From Aplysia californica (taxonomy: Eukaryota), in assembly GCF_000002075.1 (NCBI RefSeq), contig NW_004797381.1, positions 80,620-138,620 of the forward strand: DNA of 58,001 nt, written 5' to 3'. Under the pieces are notes generated by a model that made no database searches, had not been told where the DNA came from, and saw nothing but the letters and a program-made list of their open reading frames with translations. The position numbers were made by a program, and so were the translations under genes. Of this stretch, positions 51,403 to 58,001 are shown piece by piece. Each line of letters begins with the position of its first letter. The stretch's first letter is position 1.

Positions 51403-54400
51403 CGCTGGTGGAGTGATGAAACCTCGTAACCCTCAATTTTTTCAAAATTCGTTTTTTTGGCTTAATGTCTTCTCCCAGTCCTTCTTCACAATGTGTCAAA
51501 AGCACTAGGTCATATTAGTAAGAGAAAGTATGAAAAATACTTAATAAGAAAACCTCGTATGTTTGCCCCCATGATATCCTGGCGTGATGAAACCTCGCAA
51601 CCCTCACCTTGTGCGCCGATCTGCTTTTGCGTGGTTTCATCACTCCCGGTTTGAGAGAGTGGCGTGCTTATACGAGGTTCTGGATAAGCCTTCTATATGA
51701 ACCGGCTTAATTGAAGCGCTCATAACTGACATTGTCTGGTGCATTTAATGTATCTGACGGAATAAAGAAATATTTCATTCCTTCATTCACCCATACATTC
51801 ATTCATTCTTTTATTCATTCACTTTATTTCAGTCAGTTCAGAAGTTCAAATATGGTCATAAGTGAAGTACTTACATTGTGTAAATCTATTAAAAATCCAT
51901 TCATAAGGATGACTAACTTGCTGATAATCAAGATGTTCTGATCGAGCACAAACATAGTTAACTTTTAAGTTAAGGCAACAGTCACACCTTGAAATGACAG
52001 GTGACGGTACTCCTTACTTAGACTAGGTGACAGATCTGTGCACTCTCCAGATGTCAACAGGCCATTCTGTTTATCAAAGAGAGGGTAAGGTTTTGCATCT
52101 TCTCAGACTATGAATCCGCTGTGTAGTCGAATTCTCCAGTTGTGGTTGAGACCGAATAGTACTGAACTTAACCATGGTCTTGATGACTCTGAAGTCTTTA
52201 GAGGACATTGTGACAAATTTGTGCCTCAACAACACAAGTAATACGGACATTTCCGAATATGTATTGAATGTCTCCTTCTAACTGTGCTCATCACCTAGAT
52301 CTTTATACCCTACAAAGGCTGGTTTGGAAACCACTGAGCAGACCACGTTCAAATGAATTGACCCCAGCCACCATGTCGCACTCCTTTCCAGGGCTGTCCC
52401 TGATATGTGGAGATAAGGAAATATCAGCATCATCCCAGACTGAGTCTGCACCAACAATAGTGTCGCCTGGAATCATACCCCAAACCATACTGACGTTTCA
52501 CCAGGCAGCTGTAAGTCAGATGCTGAATTATTACCTTCGAGGTCACAGCAACACAATCTGTAGACCATATTCAGGCACCTTAGCCACTTTTCCTGGAGCC
52601 TGATCCCGAGACACAGCTCATTTGTTATGCCAGCATAAATGATGCTCCACGGAGGAAAAGAAAGGGTTTTAAGGAGTGGCAACAAATAAGCGAAAAGCTA
52701 TCCGTGGATCAGGACAAGATCGGAATACATAATGGTTCAATGAAAAACCCAGCTAAGTTATTGAAACCAATATGTGATTGCAAGAGCTGGACTCTGAAAT
52801 ATAAAGGGCTCTCTGAAGTTGATCGACATTCTAATTTTGAATTAGTGTGGTCACTCTCATGGGATGACTAGTGGACCTCGGAGGAGGTATTCAGAGACTA
52901 ACCAGAGAGGGAATACCCTCAATAAACACTTTTAAAAGGTGGCCATAAGGTGCCAGTGTGTTAAAAGGTGTTCCTGAATTGAACTGGGTTGGATGAATGA
53001 TTTGTAAGAAACATTTAGAACCAATAATTATCAAAGTAACTCAGATATCTACAAAATATATGCACAAGTCTGCCAAGACCACGGGAAGCGGCCTCTCAAA
53101 AGACCCACCCTCGATGAAGCATTCAAGCAGAAAAACGTGTCGCTGTTCCTGTCAAAGATAGATGTACCACCTTTGCATCAGTCGTGAAGTTGACAATGTG
53201 CTGGAGGATCTTTGGAATGCTCACATTCTAGAAAAGGAGGCAGCGCGCATAGAAAAGGAACGAGCTAAATCTGAAGCCATCAAATCTCTCGCCAGTAATG
53301 AACCTAAAACGGCCGTACTTTCAATGGATCTTCAGCATCAGCCTTACATTACAAAACAAAACTCGCCATTCATAACTTTACGCAATTGGATGCTGCAACA
53401 CGCCAGACTACTTGTTACGTGTGTGATGGAGCAGAAGGGGGACTTATGGCAAATGAGTTTGCTTCATGTCTATTGGATTTTCTGGAAGAAAAGCTGGACC
53501 TCCAGAAAACCATCATCGACAGCGACAACTGTGGTTACCAATTCAGAAATGCCACACTGGCCAATGTTTCTCTCAGCCTGTTTTCAACAACATACGGAAG
53601 CACAATTGAACAAAAACATTTTATCAAAGGACACACACAAATGGAAGTTATCAGTGTGAACTCAACTATTAAGAGATCGCTTCGAAAAACACGCATCGAG
53701 GTCTTCCAAGACTACCTCCATTTCTTCAGGACGGCAAGAGCAAAACAAGAAACATATCAAAACAAATAGTTGGATCACATATTCTTCAAGAAATATTCCA
53801 AGTGTGGAAGCTACGACAAGTCTATAAGACTAGGTAGAAAAACGGGTGATCCTGTTGTCACCGACATCATGTGTTTGAAGTACACCCCAAACATGAACAT
53901 CCAGTTCAAGCTGCACCTCAGTGATGAAAGGGCTGACGTTCCGAAGGCAGGACACAGAAACATAAGGTCCACCCTACCTCACAAAAAACGTTTTAAGTTC
54001 CAGCACTTCAAAAGTACAATCACCTACAGGTGCTTAAATCTGTTATTGCCAGTATGCATTGTCACTTTATGACAATTACTACCATTAACATTTATGGCTG
54101 TTCTTTATGATTCAACATCTCTTTAAATGAAAGAAAACCATCTGTAGTGCAAACAGAGACCACATTGCAGAGATTTGTTATTCATAATTTGTGCTCTTTA
54201 GTAAAACTGGAAGTAACCAGACCTAATCTTGGCAAATTATAGTGAAACGAATTGCATTCATTGCAATCCGTTCGAGGATTCAAACATAAATTCTGCAGGT
54301 AACACACATTTATTTGCCTTCAGTTGGCCGGGAATCAAACTCCAAACTAATTGGTCTTGAAAAAACAACTTTATCACTTTGTGGCGTTTCAAATAACAGA

Positions 54401-54720
54401 CGCATATTGCAACCAAAATGAGCAGAGAGAAAACTCGCAACCCCCAAAGTCTGTCCTGATGAAACCTCGTAACCCTCCCGCCGGCTGACTACGAGGTTTC
54501 ATCACGACAAAAATGTCGTATGAAACCTCGCATCCTACAGCGTAACCACATAAACAATAGAAAAGTTATTGTATGTACTAACCACGTTTCTAAGGTGTTT
54601 TCATTTATCTGTACCAACTTTGGTTCATATAGGTCATTTTATTCATGAGTAAATCAGTTTTTTGTCTCTCCTGTAAAATTTTTCTTTCTGGGGTTACGAG
54701 GTTTCATCACTCCACCAGCG
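51403..54720 (+). mobile_element. Sola1-type DNA transposon, full length between TIRs, decayed transposase
   Basis: About 30-bp TIRs CGCTGGTGGAGTGATGAAACCTCGTAACCC; 4-bp TSD ATAT (51399-51402 and 54721-54724); subterminal copies of GATGAAACCTCG. Frameshifted transposase at 53162-54072 with SMDLQ, YYKTKLAIHNFT, EFASC, SDNCGYQFRN and KGHTQME motifs. Confidence 0.85.
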
Positions 54721-54843
54721 ATATATTGATGGCTGAATTGTAAATGAAATTTTTAGTTTGCAATAATGCCTAAAGTATTTGTATTTCAGACAAAATCAAA
54801 AGGTGCCTTACTGACTTGCATGTATTTGAACCTGAATAATTAC

Positions 54844-54958
54844 TAGATTCTAGATCTAGATCTAGATCTAATGAGACCTGTGTACTTAACAGGCTTGAGT
54901 CGAAGGGCCAAGCCCATACCAAGATCTAGATCTAGATCTAGATCTAGATCTAGATCTA
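54844..54958. repeat. (TCTAGA)n palindromic hexamer tracts
   Basis: Tracts at 54848-54870 and 54922-54958; similar tracts at 21818-21850 and 51093-51130. Confidence 0.85.
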
Positions 54959-56983
54959 CTTCGTTTGGAGATTCTAACTTTAATAGAAATCTAGTGGCTA
55001 CGCTAAATGAATCTACAAGGCAAAATGCGGTTCCTCACGAGGTCTTTTTTTATGTAACCTTAGAACAACCAAAACCAGTGAATGTGAAAAGAAAGGACAA
55101 GTTAGAACAGCAACGACATAAAAATTGTTTACCTTCATGAACATGACACACACATTATATCGGCGTTGTTGGTTACTCAGCCAAGCAAGACATTGAAGAA
55201 AATGAGAGAAAGGCATGGGAAATAACTCTCACGACGACAAGTTTTTCGATACAGAGTACTCTGATCTTTGGTACTCTTATAACAATAGTAGGCCCTAGTA
55301 CGTTCTCAAGTCTGAAGATCGTATAGATGAGAGAGAGAGAGAGAGAGAGAGANNNNNNNNNNNNNNNNNNNNNNNNNNNNNNNNNNNNNNNNNNNNNNNN
55401 NNNNNNNNNNNNNNNNNNNNNNNNNNNNNNNNNNNNNNNNNNNNNNNNNNNNNNNNNNNNNNNNNNNNNNNNNNNNNNNNNNNNNNNNNNNNNNNNNNNN
55501 NNNNNNNNNNNNNNNNNNNNNNNNNNNNNNNNNNNNNNNNNNNNNNNNNNNNNNNNNNNNNNNNGGGAGACAAGGGTGGGTGGGAGATGGGATATAAAGG
55601 GGGTAGTAGATCAGTACATCTAGATTAGAGAGACAGACAGAACTAATAAAATTTTGAGAAATGGAGTAACTGAATGATGGAACATTATTCAGGTACTGAA
55701 CATATCTTAATCAAATAACAAATACATGTACATTTGAACCTACTCTCCACGCCGAGTTAATTTCTTACTAGTAAGAATTATAATCGAATCTCAAAGGAGA
55801 CTTATTAAATGTCTGCACAATGGCATTCTTAATGTAGGCTACGTCGTCTGAAAACAAATTTTTCCTTTGTCTATTTTCTGAATTGTCTGTCTGTCTGTCT
55901 GTATGCCCGTGTGTCTGTCTATAAATCAGTCTTTATCTTTATCTCCTCCCTCCTTTGTCACATCTCTTCCCCCACCTCTTTCCATCCCCCTTCCTCCCCC
56001 CATCCACCTCTCTCTTTCGTCGTCACAACCAAAACATGTATTCCAAACGCATGTTCACCAAAGATCTTACAAGCAGATGGATGAAGGACACCACTCGTAG
56101 TGAAAGTTTGTTTAAACAACTTCGTGTACGCACTGAAATGCCCCCCCCCCCCTCTCATCGGCTCTCTAAATGGCACTCATTGTTTCCAATTATAAGCGCT
56201 CCTCTTAACTCATACTACATGCTACATGTGATTTTAGAGCGTCACTGGTATGTCCTTTTCTTTCTCTCTATTGTTTCTGTTTTGTTTTTTTTCCCTGCAC
56301 TTTACGATCGTTATTGTGTCAATCATAATATGAGCTTTGCTTCACTCAAACTATCAGTCTCAAAGCCACACTAAAAACAGAAGTGATCATAGAGCAACTA
56401 TATACATTGTGTACTCTCTTTTATTAGGCACGCGCGATGGGGGATTTTTAGGTGGTGGGTGGCTAGGCCTGTTTCATATGAACAGTTCTAAGTTCCGCTG
56501 AGAAAAAAAACACCAAAACCATTAAAAATTAATGGTATAGAAAAAAATAACCTGACCACGGTACCGTTAGAGTCGCTCCTGGCAAAGGTTTAGTTAATGT
56601 GTTCCAACTGCCTCATGTACTTATTGCACGAGTTCTGAGCACTATAAAGGATCGTCTCACTAAGGGCCTATAATCCACAATACAGCGGGAGTAGTTTATC
56701 GGATTAATGGACTAAGAACTAAGAGGTCGTTATGCGTGAGGATTACTGCTGTGTTGGAGTACAACACAGTTTGCAGTAGCACACGATAAGCTCTNNNNNN
56801 NNNNNNNNNNNNNNNNNNNNNNNNNNNNNNNNNNNNNNNNNNNNNNNNNNNNNNNNNNNNNNNNNNNNNNNNNNNNNNNNNNNNNNNNNNNNNNCCCCCC
56901 CCCCGGGCCACTAACTGGTCGCTCTCTAAGTCCCTCTCCCTTTCTCCACCCCATCTCCTTCACACTTTCCTTCCTTCTCTCTC

Positions 56984-57355
56984 GTTGCCAAGCAAGTAAT
57001 CCCACATACTATCGACACATAGGCCTACCTAACCGGAAGAAGAAATTCAACCGGCGCACCATGAGAGTATAGAAGTGAACACATTTTGCGTCGTGTAAGA
57101 ATTTCCTTCATTTTTTCTCAGTTACCTGCAATAGATGTCTATACACAAGATACACTTTGGACATCTCTTTTCTGGCTCATCATCGGAGGAACTAAGGGTA
57201 GTTAGACAATACTTTATCAATACCTAAACTAAGCTGAAGTTGGATATACCCCGGATCCGTGAAAAAAAGTGGAAAACAATTCCTTGTGTTAATTTATTGA
57301 TGAATGGGAAGACAATTTTTTAAAAGAGAAACGTAAACAAACAAGCAAACAAACT
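56984..57355. promoter_or_regulatory. Candidate bidirectional promoter with RFX X-box-like and forkhead motifs
   Basis: GTTGCCAAGCAAG at 56984-56996 (X-box-like, one mismatch) and GTAAACAAACAAGCAAACAAAC at about 57333-57354. Minus-strand donors at 57029 (TTAG|gtaggc) and 57126 (GCAG|gtaact) could end a 5' UTR exon of the HIT-domain gene, whose ATG exon has an acceptor at 47100. Confidence 0.4.
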
Positions 57356-57359
57356 AATA

Positions 57360-57485
57360 ATGTACGGTGCTGGCGGAGACGATGAGTCGGACGGACTTCC
57401 AGGAACTTATGAGATCTACAAAGCCGAGGCAGATGCCCTGTTCAAGAATGGAGACTACCGCAAGGCTATTGAAAGCTATACCACG
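57360..57485 (+). CDS. TTC25: First coding exon of a TPR protein, TTC25/ODAD4-like (outer dynein arm docking)
   Basis: MYGAGGDDESDGLPGTYEIYKAEADALFKNGDYRKAIESYTT|gtgagt (42 codons, strong donor). It is an N-terminal TPR helix pair resembling the TTC25 start (TF..Y.AEG..L...G...KA..SF). Only one exon is in the window. Confidence 0.68.
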
Positions 57486-58001
57486 GTGAGTGCGTGTACG
57501 CCTCATGCGTTTAAAAAAAATAAATTTTACATTACTTGACCTTGGAACTGAACTGAAGATGTATTCCCAGCTCCAGGTATGTAGGTGTATGGGAGGGGGT
57601 GGGGGAGAGAGGAGGGAAGGGGTGATTCTTTTTTCTCGCTGTACAATAATAATACGCTGCCAATGGGTCCACTTACGTCTTTTTCTTTAAAAAAATACTA
57701 ACAATCTGCTCATCAGAATAGGGTTTGGATGAATGAAATGTTTTTGTGTGAGGAGGAGGTGGGGTGGGCATGTGCTTTTTAATGTTCTCAGTACTATAAT
57801 ATGACTGTCGATGGGTTCAAATGCGTCTCTGTCTTAAAAAAAAATCTCCTCTCCAGATTAGGGTTTGGCTGGGTGAAATAGTATCTCCTCCCTCCCCCTC
57901 CCCCTACACACACATTTTCTCTCAAAATGACACAATCAAGAACCAACCCAATCCAATCCAACTAATGCTAATATCCATAGCACCCTAAAGCTTCTCGACC
58001 C

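Noticed and set aside
54871-55140. ORF with an RSRSRS tract suggesting an SR protein
   Set aside because: The tract is the (TCTAGA)n microsatellite.

Overview
AT-rich, microsatellite- and gap-rich animal genomic DNA; a mollusc or other lophotrochozoan is my inference from the repeat content. I reconstructed four spliced genes by hand, with GT-AG junctions and consistent phases. (1) A complete 4-exon LRRN-like gene on + (1588-13126, 1020 aa; signal peptide-LRR-Ig-FN3-TM). (2) The first two coding exons of IMMP2L on - (20345-18600). No later IMMP2L exon is visible, so the LRRN gene appears to lie antisense inside the IMMP2L intron, as human LRRN3 does. (3) A complete 12-coding-exon gene on - (47046-29470, about 451-465 aa). 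It encodes an uncharacterised type II membrane protein with a GalT-type HIT catalytic motif (CDFC ... GASQVHPHMQ). (4) The first coding exon of a TTC25/ODAD4-like TPR gene on + (57360-57485), probably head-to-head with gene 3. The introns hold a decayed Sola1 transposon, a pogo/Tigger-like element with a PHD finger, hAT- and piggyBac-type non-autonomous elements, several MITEs, a LINE 3' fragment and several SINE families. Family assignments come from remembered motifs, not database searches.
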